Assembly (NCBI GenBank): GCA_900617105.1
Contig: UYFQ01000236.1
Span: 1-55,975, forward strand
Direction: 5' to 3'
Origin: Hydrurus foetidus
Taxonomy: Eukaryota
DNA: 55,975 bases
The notes under the pieces were generated by a model. The model did no database searches, was not told where the DNA came from, and saw nothing but the letters and a program-made list of their open reading frames with translations. Numbering within the stretch: position 1 is the first letter of the stretch; each line of letters starts with the position of its first letter. Positions 1-10,564 of this stretch are shown here, piece after piece. Both the position numbers and the translations under genes were made by a program.

Positions 1-132
1 CGCACACCCGTACGGGCTGTACAGGTACAGGCGTACGTTCGGAACGGATCGAGGACGATCCGATCCACACGATTCATTGCTTGATACCTGCTGTGTTTAT
101 CTGTAAGCTAACCACATTGTTATCCCCAGCAG

Positions 133-396
133 TATGGTCGTTGGTGACCAAAGGACGGTGGACGAGGACGATGGACGAGGACGGAGGCGAAAAACGAAGA
201 TGGGGGAGGTGGAAGAGTATTCTTATAGTTTACAGCGAGAAACAAGCAGTAGTATCTACAGTGATGTGTACTCGCGTGGAAACGAAAAGAAAAGAAAACT
301 GTACCGGACTTTGGGTCCGTTCTAGAATCTACAGTACAGGTATAGTATACAGTCACAGTGTATCCGTACATGCAGTACAGATACAGTGAGGCTACA
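133..396 (-). repeat. 3' LTR of gypsy element
   Basis: Direct repeat of 5612-5875. Minus-strand termini TGTAGC...ACCATA. Confidence 0.95.
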
Positions 397-422
397 CTAC
401 CCCTTCTTCCCTTTTCTTTTCC
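397..422 (-). other. Polypurine tract of gypsy element
   Basis: Minus strand GGAAAAGAAAAGGGAAGAAGGGGTAG immediately precedes the 3' LTR. Confidence 0.9.
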
Positions 423-603
423 AATGAACTCTACTAATATTTGTATGAGAGTGGGAAAGAAAGACGAAACAAAACACATTTTGAAAAAAATGAGAAACTT
501 CGAAAACGATGATGTCAGACTCTTACTGACTAAATTCCTCCAAAAAAAGAATATAAAAAAATAGGAGGTAAATTCTTCATGAATAACGTTTCGAGTGAAG
601 AAA

Positions 604-895
604 TCAACGGTGTTGTTTATTGATTAGTTTTGTCAAATTATTTTGACGCAAGTAATCATGAAGTTTATCAACATCACGAAGATTGGAGTAAGGCTCCCAA
701 GTGTTTTTATCAGAAGGGTAATTTAACCATTTGACTAAAAACTCAATCTTGGAGCGTTGATGAGGTCCACGGTGATCAACGATGTCTTCTACGAAGTATT
801 CCATATGGTCACGACGCGCGACATCAACAGGATTTGTAATCGCTGGATCATACAGAAACGGTTTCATGGCAGATACATGATATACCGCTGTTTTT
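604..895 (-). CDS. C-terminal chromodomain segment of gypsy Pol
   Basis: EYFVEDIVDHRG...EFLVKWLNYPSDKNTWEPYSNL is a chromodomain pattern. Joins the integrase frame if the A5 run at 891-895 is A6. Confidence 0.9.
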
Positions 896-1630
896 GTGTG
901 ATCAAATCGTATAGAGTGTAACGAGAATTTTCGCCACTGACGACTTTTAATGGACCTCTCCAATGCGTATGAAGACGTGTTGGAGGTGATCCATCGCGAT
1001 AATGTACAAGAACATATGAGTCGCGAGGGTACTCAATATGCTGAGAGATCTGAGATTGGTTTTGATGAAGTAAATCTGTACGAAGAAGTTCTTTGGCCGA
1101 AGCTTTGAGAAGACTATCTTGTATTTTTAATAGATTGCTCATACGTGCCGACAAAGGTTTGTCATTAATAACAAGTCTCTCAGATGGAGGAAGAAATATT
1201 CCTCTGTCTAATTTGAGTATATTGCCGAAAAGCAATTGAGATGCAGAGATTTTTAAACGATCACTGTGATTAGAATTTAAAATTCGTTGCACAAATGGTA
1301 GTGATGTTGAATAATCATCAAGCGTTACGTTATCGTAAGTTAAAGCACGAAGGTGTCTATTAACTTCTTTATTCATGCGTTCAACAATGGCGTTTTCTTC
1401 TTTAGAATAAGCTAACGTTAAACAGTGTTGAGTGCCAATAAGAGTTAGAAACTCTTTGATAACTTCGGCAATGAAGTGTGGCCCATTATCAGAACGGAGT
1501 TGGAGAGGTGCGCCGAAACGACCGAAATGTTGCAAAAGGCATTGAGCTGTCGAAAGTGCCGAAGCATCTTTAGTATGAAACAGCTCAACCCACCTTGTGA
1601 ACGTATCGATAATTACGAGTACGTACCCCC
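864..1630 (-). CDS. Integrase core segment of gypsy Pol
   Basis: YVLVIIDTFTRWVE, LRSDNGPHF and EENAIVERMN give the DDE core, followed by a GPY/F-like WRGP motif. Joins the upstream ORF if the G5 run at 1626-1630 is G6. Confidence 0.92.
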
Positions 1631-4438
1631 GTCTGGAAACGGTCCTACGAAGTCTATGTTAAGGCATTCCATAGGTGTGTAAGTAGAAGTCGAAAAGCCG
1701 TGAGCATGAATTGGGATCTTTAACATGCTCATCTTTTGACAACACGAACAGTGATCTATGAACCACCTGACATGCTGTCGTTGAAACTGCCACACCTTGT
1801 TGTTGTCTTTGAGACGCTTTAAAGTGCGCTCAAGACCAAAGTGACCAACTTGTGAATTGTGTACATTACTTATAGTATTGTATTGTTCACGAGTCAGTTT
1901 GAATTTTTCAATAATATTGGCAGACATGATTGTCTCAAGTGAATATTCTTGAGGATGGTCAATCATGTTGTTACGACAGAGTCGAGACATCGAATCAGCT
2001 ATGTCATTGTTAACACCGGAAATGAATTCAATTTTAAATGAGAATTCTGATAAAGCCATAAGCCAACGAACAATCATTGGATTTGAATGATTTTTAATGT
2101 ATAACAAGTTACGATGATCGGTGCGTAATGTAAACATCCGATCACGTAATAGCGATTTTAAATACGTGCACGCAAAGAAAATAGCATATGCTTCTTTCTG
2201 TATAACTGCCCACCTAAGTTGAGCTTTGTTAAGCGATTTACTAACAAATGCTACGGGCGTCTCTTTTCCGTCAACTAACTGAAAGAGATAAGCACCTACA
2301 CCGTAATCCGATGCATCAGTGTGCAAGTAAATCGGATCGGTGTCACTTAAAAAGTGCATTGTCGTGCATTTTGCAGTTTCAGATTTAATTAACTCAAATG
2401 CTGAGTCAGCTTCTGGTGTCCAAACTATTTTTTTAGATTTATTATAATCAACAAGCAACTGGTGTAACGGATATAGTACAGTTGAAGCATTTTTGATAAA
2501 ATCGTGAAAATAGTTTACCAAACCTAAAAAACTTTTAAGTTGTTTAGATATATCTGGTTTTGGAAAATCTAAAACTTGCCGTATTTTTTCTTGTGACATT
2601 TTTAGTCCTTCAGCAGAAAGGACTTTGCCAACATAATCAATTTCGGAATAGCCAAGATAACATTTATTTGGTTTAAGAAATATTTTATGTTGTCGAAAGC
2701 GTTGAAAAACAAGACGGAGTCTAAAAAGTAATTCGTCAGTGTCTTTGCCGAAAACATTGCAATCATCAATGTACATTTCGCATATAGTGTAAATCAATCC
2801 AGCTAATACAACAGTTGCCATGGTCTGTTGAAAGTAAGAAGGAGCTCGTTTAGGCCCAAAGGGCAGACGAGTGAATTGATACACGCCACAGAAAAGTATG
2901 AATGCAGTGTATGCGCGTGCTGCCAGTGTAAGCGGTGCTTGATGATATCCTTGAGTGAGATCAAGTGTAGCGAATACTTTAGCTTTATGAGCACCAATTC
3001 GACGTAACATTTCATTTATGTTAGGAATGGGCCATGATGCATCTTCGGTACAATCATTAAGATTTCGATAATCTATACACATGCGTTTGGTTCCGTCAGA
3101 CTTTGGAACCATAAGCACTTGGCTGTAATAAGCCGCATTTGATTTCTCGATAATCCCTTGCTCTTCAAGTTTCGCGAGTTGACGTATAATGTCAGCTTGA
3201 TTTGCAGTGGATTGTGGTCGAGGAGGTGTTCTATTACGGGAGACTTTCCATTTTACGTCATCCACGTTAAGTTCAAACGGTGGGATATCAGCAGGGCTAG
3301 CCGGAAGCTCACTGCTAAATATATCCCTAAATTCGTTACATAGTAAACGGAGTTTATTTTTCTGATCTTCATCACCTGCTATGTGTATTAGCGAGAGTGA
3401 ATCTGTATCAAGAAATTCATTAATCCATGGTGAAAAGGAGTCATTTAATGAATCATCAATTTCATCTTCATCAGGCGGCACAACTCCAAATAGTTGTTCC
3501 GACTCTTGAATTAACGAAGCTAGTATGACATGTGTTTGGGTGACTGCCGGATCTTTCATTTGGGTTAATGAAAGATCTTTTGGGGTTCCTTTAGAGGTTT
3601 GCAAAGTCTCTTCGGGCTGACAGCCACATGTTATGACCACATCTTCAGAAGTCGAGACTCCCTTTATTGGGGTTGGTCGCGATGAAGTGCTTGATTTTAT
3701 TTGATCTGGGAAAATCGAGAATAGATCTAAATCTCGTATAATTTTTCTTCCCACTATTAGATCAATTTGTGTTTGTTCTAAAACATAAGCCGTGATTTGG
3801 AAAGAAGAATAATTATTTAAATCAGGGCAAAAATAAGAAAGTTTTAAGTCGATGGTTTCAGAAATTTCATAGCAATGATTATCTAAACCACTACAAACTT
3901 TACACGCTGTCTTAGAAGATTTAGAAACATGTTGTGTTAAGTTAAGATTATTTATAACACGCCTAGCTATAAAATTGCTGGCGATCGATCCCGTATCCAA
4001 TAGAGTGAAGACTCTATTTTTCTCTTCCAGCGAAGTTTGCTGAGAAATATGAGAAATAAAGAAGGGGATTAGATGTTTATCCGATGAAACGGAAGGGTTG
4101 TCAATTGACGACATATTAAGGTTGTAAACGTAGTCACCTTTTTGTTTCTTCGCGACACGAGTAGTGTCTGCTGACGAGGCAGCGGTCTTAGAAGACGCAG
4201 AAGAAGAGGAGGAAGCGGAAGAAGAAGATGTTCCGTACGCGTTTGGAATGAACGTCGCTTTGGGATCGATCTTCAAAAGATCTTTGCCTCCTTCCGACTG
4301 AAGGAAAGGTTTCTCGGTACTGTTAAAGTACGGAGAAGAGCCGAATCGACAAGTGGCTACTAAGTGGCCAAGTCTCCCACAGCCGGTACAGTGGGGTTTG
4401 TCAGATTGCTCAGGCTTCTCGTCCTCTCGTTGCCGTTT
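1613..4438 (-). CDS. pol: Gypsy polyprotein segment: zinc knuckle, aspartic protease, reverse transcriptase, RNase H, integrase Zn finger
   Basis: The frame stays open upstream of the listed ORF and contains CTGCGRLGHLVATC (CX2CX4HX4C). Other motifs: LLDTGS protease, LDLTQGYHQ, LPFG, YIDD RT, TDASDYGVGA RNase H, H-H-C-C integrase finger. Confidence 0.96.
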   Translation of the reverse strand, partial: KRQREDEKPEQSDKPHCTGCGRLGHLVATCRFGSSPYFNSTEKPFLQSEGGKDLLKIDPKATFIPNAYGTSSSSASSSSSASSKTAASSADTTRVAKKQKGDYVYNLNMSSIDNPSVSSDKHLIPFFISHISQQTSLEEKNRVFTLLDTGSIASNFIARRVINNLNLTQHVSKSSKTACKVCSGLDNHCYEISETIDLKLSYFCPDLNNYSSFQITAYVLEQTQIDLIVGRKIIRDLDLFSIFPDQIKSSTSSRPTPIKGVSTSEDVVITCGCQPEETLQTSKGTPKDLSLTQMKDPAVTQTHVILASLIQESEQLFGVVPPDEDEIDDSLNDSFSPWINEFLDTDSLSLIHIAGDEDQKNKLRLLCNEFRDIFSSELPASPADIPPFELNVDDVKWKVSRNRTPPRPQSTANQADIIRQLAKLEEQGIIEKSNAAYYSQVLMVPKSDGTKRMCIDYRNLNDCTEDASWPIPNINEMLRRIGAHKAKVFATLDLTQGYHQAPLTLAARAYTAFILFCGVYQFTRLPFGPKRAPSYFQQTMATVVLAGLIYTICEMYIDDCNVFGKDTDELLFRLRLVFQRFRQHKIFLKPNKCYLGYSEIDYVGKVLSAEGLKMSQEKIRQVLDFPKPDISKQLKSFLGLVNYFHDFIKNASTVLYPLHQLLVDYNKSKKIVWTPEADSAFELIKSETAKCTTMHFLSDTDPIYLHTDASDYGVGAYLFQLVDGKETPVAFVSKSLNKAQLRWAVIQKEAYAIFFACTYLKSLLRDRMFTLRTDHRNLLYIKNHSNPMIVRWLMALSEFSFKIEFISGVNNDIADSMSRLCRNNMIDHPQEYSLETIMSANIIEKFKLTREQYNTISNVHNSQVGHFGLERTLKRLKDNNKVWQFQRQHVRWFIDHCSCCQKMSMLKIPIHAHGFSTSTYTPMECLNIDFVGPFPDGGTYS

Positions 4439-5535
4439 TTAATTCGTGGCTCTTGAGGAGGACGGTTAGAGTTTTTGATTTGGCGAGAATGATCGCCATA
4501 AGTCGGGTGGACGTCTACAAACCGTAAAGCATCAATTGCTTCTCGTAGCTTTCTTAGTTGCGCACGCCACACGAATCGAAAATCATCGACCGTGATAAGA
4601 CGTGGCGTTCTATCGAGAGTGCGGTACAAAACTGACCTCCAATTAATGGGTTCAGCTGGCAACTTATCAATAAGAATTTTAGTTGCTGTTAACTGCATGG
4701 CAGCTGACACCTCAGGGAATGCATCGACAATATCAGCTAAAAGCTGGTCTGTCTTTTCTTCCACTGATGGGTTCTTCAGGTCAAATTGAATTTGAATCTG
4801 AGTAATGGATTCAATGAATCCTAGTTTATCCGTTCTGGACGTCGCAGTTGCAGGAATTGCCAAATTCAATTCTCTACAAAAATTCTGATTAGTCCAGTTT
4901 CTCCAGTTGTTACAACTGTCTCGACGATCAGGGTCGGTTGCAAATCGAAGTTGCAAAAGGGTTTTAAAAGATTGGAAGTTGCTGTGATGAACGACATCAA
5001 CTGGCCGAAACGGCGTTCCATTCGAGAGGAGAACCTCTGAAACTCTTTGAACCTCTTGCCAAGACGGCTTGGCGCTCAACTTAGGAGCTTTCTCACCAAC
5101 TTGCACGTACTGAGTTGGTGGTGCCAAAGCACGTTGATTAGCAGATCTATCGACCGAAGTCGACGTGATCTCAGCCGAAGCTGGTGTCGCAGCCGAAGCT
5201 GGTATCGCAGCCGAAGCTGGTGAAAGAGATAAAGCAGACAACGCAGAAATGACAGGCACATCAATAGCAGACACGACCGCAGGCCCCGACGTCGGCTGAG
5301 ACGCCGGCGCAGACAGGTCTCCGGCGGGGTCCTGAATCGCAGGTGATCCAGGAGACTCTATGTCTTGGACATTGCGCTGCGTATGTTTGAGATACGCCTT
5401 CCGTGCTGCGACGGCGACAGCGCGCGGCTGAGCTCGTCTTAAGATGGCGCTGTTGTTGTCGGTGGTGTTGATGGTTGCCTTAGCGTTGGTGGTTGCCTTA
5501 GCCGAGGCTTTGGCACGGATGCGGCGAATTGCCAT
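4360..5535 (-). CDS. gag: Gag segment of gypsy element
   Basis: Long ORF from ATG 5535, just inside the 5' LTR and upstream of the zinc knuckle. Basic and Ala/Pro/Ser-rich N-terminus. Confidence 0.8.
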   Translation of the reverse strand: MAIRRIRAKASAKATTNAKATINTTDNNSAILRRAQPRAVAVAARKAYLKHTQRNVQDIESPGSPAIQDPAGDLSAPASQPTSGPAVVSAIDVPVISALSALSLSPASAAIPASAATPASAEITSTSVDRSANQRALAPPTQYVQVGEKAPKLSAKPSWQEVQRVSEVLLSNGTPFRPVDVVHHSNFQSFKTLLQLRFATDPDRRDSCNNWRNWTNQNFCRELNLAIPATATSRTDKLGFIESITQIQIQFDLKNPSVEEKTDQLLADIVDAFPEVSAAMQLTATKILIDKLPAEPINWRSVLYRTLDRTPRLITVDDFRFVWRAQLRKLREAIDALRFVDVHPTYGDHSRQIKNSNRPPQEPRIKNGNERTRSLSNLTNPTVPAVGDLAT

Positions 5536-5611
5536 GATCCGAAAAATTTCCCGAGAAAAGATGGATGAGTTGGAGAAAAGAATTTTGGTCGTAGGAACCA
5601 AATATCGATAT

Positions 5612-5875
5612 TATGGTCGTTGGTGACCAAAGGACGGTGGACGAGGACGATGGACGAGGACGGAGGCGAAAAACGAAGATGGGGGAGGTGGAAGAGTATT
5701 CTTATAGTTTACAGCGAGAAACAAGCAGTAGTATCTACAGTGATGTGTACTCGCGTGGAAACGAAAAGAAAAGAAAACTGTACCGGACTTTGGGTCCGTT
5801 CTAGAATCTACAGTACAGGTATAGTATACAGTCACAGTGTATCCGTACATGCAGTACAGATACAGTGAGGCTACA
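5612..5875 (-). repeat. 5' LTR of gypsy element
   Basis: Direct repeat of 133-396. Confidence 0.95.
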
Positions 5876-6520
5876 GCAGCAGTACCATCACACCTTTTCC
5901 TTCGCCCGCGTTCCAGCAACCCTTCGTTCCAGCGCCCAGAGTCCTAGTGAGACCACACAGCCATCAATTTATCAATGGTTATCACGGCGGCACCATCAAT
6001 TTTTAAAAAATCTTTCAGAGCCACACATGCCACCCCACACGACATCCGGAGACAGCGGTTTCGCTTTTCCTCAAATCTACCTAGTGTACACAGCTCAGTG
6101 ATAGAGCGCCCACTCTTCCCACCCCATTTTGGCGCGCCAAGAGGTCTGCGGTTCAAACCCAGCTTTTTCATCCACCTATCGTTTTCGCACTTACTGCACT
6201 ATGTAGCTTCTTTAGCGGTACATTTCTTCATACGAACTCTCAGAGATGTAGCAGAAGACTTTGTGTTTATTTATTTGACATCCACAATTTGACATTTCAC
6301 CTGGAGAGGGGTGGTGTTATAGTTTCCACTATGTATATATCACACGTACGTACGCACGTTGCTCACAACCACAAGTTTTTCATTCCAGTTTTCTGTTTCT
6401 GATTCTTGGATTGCTTCAATTCGTGATGCACTCATTGCCTGTCAATCTCACTCACTTTTCATCGCTTTAAAACTTTAACTGAAACACCTATACCGATACG
6501 GCTTCTCTTAGCCATCTCCG

Positions 6521-7609
6521 CTATTCTGGACTGACTTTCTTGTCAGCTAGAAGATCTTCGTCTCCTGCTTTCTTGCAGAACGAATCACCGCTTTTCGTCA
6601 CTTCACGACGTGCAACCGGCATAGGTTTGTGTCAGCGATGATATCATTGTTAGGTTTAACGCGTTTATTTGACGAAACCTGATGTCTTGGAAGTTTAAGG
6701 AAGTTGAAGAGATCCATCTCATACCCAGACTTCTCTGAATCTGAGATTCCTGGAATAGACTTAGACATTTCTACAAGCGAAGTGAGTCGCTCTTTCTCAC
6801 AACTCCAATCATAATGGGAGGACATCTTCCGCTGCTCATCGATGATACCTTATTCATCTTTGTCATCATTAATGTGAGAGCTTTCTGATCGAAGATTAGC
6901 CAAACGGCGTTGATTGCGGCTGCCGGTAGCAGCCATCGTGGTCCGCATCTCCTCAGTTGAAACTTTGGGCGCCTCGGTTTTCTTGGAAGGACCACTCCCG
7001 GGAGGAGGAGTCTTAAGGACTTGGATGCATTTCGCTCTGAGGAAATAAGGACGAAGATGAGGTCATTCAAATGAAAATGCTGCGGTAGATTAATCTTGTC
7101 ACCTTCCTGAAGGCAATCCGACGTAGCGAAACGCGAGCCACTCCTTGATTTTCCACATGGGATCAAAGGGGCGTAGCAAATATTCCGAATTCTTCTTCGC
7201 GGCTTGCTTCTTTTTATCCTCCTCATTGCGTTGCCATGCCGCTTGCTTACAAACGATGAGGGCGTCACCTAATTGTGTGCCGGATGCGTACGCCGCAGGA
7301 TCCTTCCATGCAGGATTGAGGACGTTGACGATAAATGCCACAGATAACCGTTTGGACGCCCGTGTCCTTTTCAACGAGGCTCTTGAGAGTGTCGCTAGTC
7401 GCATCTTTGATTGGTATGTACGAGTAGCTCTCGAATAATTCTCTAACCCAATCAACGGCTCGTACTTTGATGGATTGCTCAATCTGATGAACACTTTGCT
7501 TCCCTCCGTTGGTTACAATATCATTCCACGCGAGAAGAAGGAGTAGCGTGTACGACTCTCCGATTCCTCTTGATACTCTACCCATTCGAGTTGCCGCTTC
7601 TTCAGCCAT
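6521..7609 (-). pseudogene. Degenerate gene of unknown function
   Basis: ATG 7609 (MAEEAATR...). Frame change near 7370 into ...VNVLNPAWKDPAAYASG...YVGLPSG. GT-AG intron 7037-7102. In-frame TAA at 6850-6852 between ...DDKDE and GIIDEQRKMSSHYDW. Probable further frameshift near 6620. Confidence 0.5.
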
Positions 7610-7920
7610 TGCGATGATGTGTTCTGCCGCCGATGTGAAATAAAAAGTGCAACGTCGCCTATATTCCTTTCTCGGGTGCCTCAAATAGTCCACGGAATAA
7701 ACTCGTTTTACACGTGGAAGATTTGAAGAAGCGGAGTTGAAAAGCGTAGGAATTTCTCAGGAATCCCCCATGAATCAACTTTTTACGGAAGAAACTTCAC
7801 GGCTTTCTTGAACGTATGGCCGTTTTCCGTTGCCATGAATTGCAGCCTAATCCTGAAACTTCGTTTTTTGAGTGGGGATGGGTCTCGAATCTCGAAGCCG
7901 CCCCCCTCTCCTTTTTTATA

Positions 7921-8297
7921 GTAATTTCGTACCGAGACCATAAAACAGAGGCGTTTTTCGTACCGAGGGCGCAGCCCGAGGTTCGAAAAGAGCCGAGGTT
8001 TTATGGTCGAGCGTACGAACGCTACTTTATCCACCGTGAGACCGATGCTCACAGCGGTACGAAAAGGTAGACTGACACTCACAGCGGTCAATAATTTTTT
8101 TTTTCATACCGCTGTGACCTTCGGTCTACCTTTTCGTACCGCTGTGAGTGTCAGTCTACATTTTCGTACCAGCGGTACGAAAAACTCAAAATGTTAGGGG
8201 GGGCCGATACCCGTATAAGAGTCTTTATCGGGCTCCAGGTGGGTAATAGTAATTTCGTACCGAGACCATAAAACCGAGATGTTTTTCGTACCGGAGG
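7921..8297. repeat. Cluster of nested direct and inverted repeats built on a TTTTCGTACCG motif
   Basis: 8048-8072 is the reverse complement of 8124-8148, and 8067-8088 of 8138-8159. GTAATTTCGTACCGAGACCATAAAAC occurs at 7921 and again at ~8249. Confidence 0.8.
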
Positions 8298-8535
8298 TGC
8301 GAAAAAAATTCCTTTTCGACCCGCGCGTGAAAACGGTGAAATCTGGCCGGAAGCTCATGACCGGAAAAGGGTCTTTATGAACCCTGAGGGATAAAAAAAA
8401 AACGGGTAAATATATGGACATACTAAAATCTGGAAAAAAATACTATAACTAACGTTCTGTACTAAAATCTTGTAAACTTGACCAAAACATAGCCATACTG
8501 AAATATGGATTTGATACCTTAAATTGCAGACCAGG

Positions 8536-8706
8536 CTACTATTTCATAGAAGTTACACTGAAATAGTTGCGCAATACTAATTCATGGATTTGGTACTATT
8601 CAATGTAACCCTGACTAAAATGGAGATCAACCTACTATTTCTAAGAAGTTATACTGAAATGGTTGCACAGTACTAATTTACGGATTTAGTTCTATTTGAT
8701 GGAACC
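8536..8706 (+). repeat. Two imperfect ~96-bp-period subterminal direct repeats
   Basis: CTACTATTTC...AGAAGTTAYACTGAAATRGTTGC...TACTAATT...GGATTT occurs at 8536 and 8632. Confidence 0.7.
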
Positions 8707-8710
8707 AGGA

Positions 8711-8793
8711 CATGAAAAGTAACGGCATGAAAAGTAACGGCATGAAAAGTAACGGCATGAAAAGTAACGGCATGAAAAGTAACGGCATGAAAA
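8711..8793 (+). repeat. 15-bp tandem repeat (CATGAAAAGTAACGG) x5.5
   Basis: Five perfect copies plus CATGAAAA. Confidence 0.97.
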
Positions 8794-8899
8794 AACCTGA
8801 AAAATACGTTAGACACTGAACGTGAAAGTGACTCTTAATTTGAAGATGTCAAGTATGATATATACTGCAGTATAGCTTAAGTGGAATCAGAAATCAATC

Positions 8900-9520
8900 A
8901 TGCACGAATTCAAACCGAGTCGCAATCTGTGTTTCGCGGCCGCAATTGTTTTGCCAATGACGGCGGAGCAACAGGAGTGGATGAGACTCGGCGGAGACGA
9001 CGCTGGAAAAGTTTTCGTGGATGCGACCGGCATCGATCTTACTGACCCTGATCACGAAGGCGCCAGCACACATGACGCTAGGAAGTTCTTCGAATTCGTC
9101 GTCGAAGAGAACCGTAAGAGAGGAATCATTCTCAAGTACGAACTTAAGCGAGTGAACGGCAGGGTGGGAAAGCTCAAGAATTGGGACGTGGGGTCGATCA
9201 TGAAGACGGTCGTCAATAGGAAAGGCCACTACGTCCTCATCGGTCTTAGCAAAGAGCTCGACGATGAGCACCCTAAGATTCTGAAGAGGATCCGAGCCGT
9301 CGAAGGAGAGGAGGCGAGAGCTCTTCAGTACTTGAAGACAGCAAACGGTCGTAAATGTATCGACCATTCGGTTGGTGTTCGCATCGCAGATACCGGCAAT
9401 TTACTTTTTGATACCGCATGCCGCAAAGGCAGTGTAAAATTTGACATCCTTCACCTCGCTGATAAAATGGGTGATGTTTCTCATTGTTTCTATGTTAATC
9501 TGTACGAAGTCAAGGAGTAA
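8900..9520 (+). CDS. MULE cargo ORF, 206 aa, possible papain-like cysteine peptidase fold
   Basis: Intact ATG-TAA ORF inside the element. NLCFAAAI ... DHSVGVRI ... LLFDT gives Cys-His-Asp order in helix/strand/strand-like contexts. Function is inferred only. Confidence 0.6.
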   Translation: MHEFKPSRNLCFAAAIVLPMTAEQQEWMRLGGDDAGKVFVDATGIDLTDPDHEGASTHDARKFFEFVVEENRKRGIILKYELKRVNGRVGKLKNWDVGSIMKTVVNRKGHYVLIGLSKELDDEHPKILKRIRAVEGEEARALQYLKTANGRKCIDHSVGVRIADTGNLLFDTACRKGSVKFDILHLADKMGDVSHCFYVNLYEVKE

Positions 9521-10124
9521 TATAATTTTTCTATTTCCAAGGGCCTTCCCTCAATTCTTCGAAATTTCTTGCGACAACGTGTCCCGGATTCAAAAGAAAT
9601 TCCCCGAAGTAATTGGCGTGGTTGGCTCACTTACGAACTTGACACACTCGTAAGTTTCTCCTTTCCAGGTGTCTGGTATATTAAAACTACTTTTCTTGCA
9701 GGCATTACGGACATGCTTCATCTCAAGTGCTGGAGCATTTTTCTGCTTAAGTCTTTTCTTTCGAGTGCATTGTTTGTGCATGCATTTAGTTTTAAAATTG
9801 TTTGCTGAGTTACTGGTATGTGTTTTCCTGCTGCACTAAACATTGTAACGCCGAAGATAACATAGGTTGATGACGTAGCATACACCTATCGTTTCGTCAT
9901 GCCTATACCGTTTTCATGCACTCGACAATGACTGAATCTGAGTGCTTGAGACAGTAATGACTCTTGTGTAAAGCACTTATATGAAGTAATGGTTGAGTTC
10001 ATGAACACTGTATAGGTATGACGATCGGAGAGATGCATGCTACCAAAAGCAACATGATTCGTAACAGTTTTTTCTTGGACAGCTTATTTATAAGTCAGAG
10101 CATAAGTTGCCAAAGCACAAGGTG

Positions 10125-10245
10125 CAAAAGCGTCCACATTAGCTTCCGCCATGCGATGACATTTTGCCATGCAGTGACATTTCGCCAAAAGCGTCCACAT
10201 TAGCTTCCGCCATGCGATGACGTTTCTCCATGCAGTGACATTTCG
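10125..10245 (+). repeat. 61-bp tandem duplication
   Basis: CAAAAGCGTCCACATTAGCTTCCGCCATGCGATGAC...GCAGTGACATTTCG starts at 10125 and 10186. Confidence 0.9.
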
Positions 10246-10564
10246 TCCTCCAGTGACGTTCCACTAAGCATCCACTGACCATTTTGCTCCCCTGCCTCCT
10301 TCATACAATGACCTCCTCTCATCTCTCACTCTCTTCGTTCCTGCTTAAGAAGAAAAGTCTCTGGAACTCTAATGATTGATTAGTTGGCGGTGACACATTA
10401 CCCAACAACATCGAATGCATAGCTACCACGTGATGGTTCAATATGTAACTGATCTTGCATGACTGGCAAGTAAAACGGTGCAAAATCACGCAGTCGATAC
10501 GAAGTATGATACTAAAAATACTGGGAATATTAAGACAATTTCAATGAGAACTCACGTCAAATGA

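Larger units (their letters stand above)
133..5875 (-). mobile_element. Ty3/gypsy LTR retrotransposon (chromovirus), full length
   Basis: Two 264-bp LTRs with no visible differences (133-396, 5612-5875). 4-bp target-site duplication GCAG (129-132 and 5876-5879). Domain order gag-CCHC-protease-RT-RNaseH-integrase-chromodomain on the minus strand. Polypurine tract next to the 3' LTR. Confidence 0.97.

Noticed and set aside
81..564. Short ORFs over the LTR (also 5611-5919)
   Set aside because: They lie within or across LTR sequence and have no recognisable protein features.
5880..5995. Possible older LTR end plus PBS (TTTATCA-ATGGTTATCACGG) interrupted by the gypsy insertion
   Set aside because: No partner LTR, no downstream gag and no identifiable tRNA match within the window.
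8711..8793. Possible CRISPR-like array
   Set aside because: Head-to-tail 15-bp repeats with no spacers, in a eukaryotic transposon.
9590..9781. Small basic minus-strand ORF inside the MULE
   Set aside because: Only 63 aa with no motif, so it cannot be distinguished from chance.
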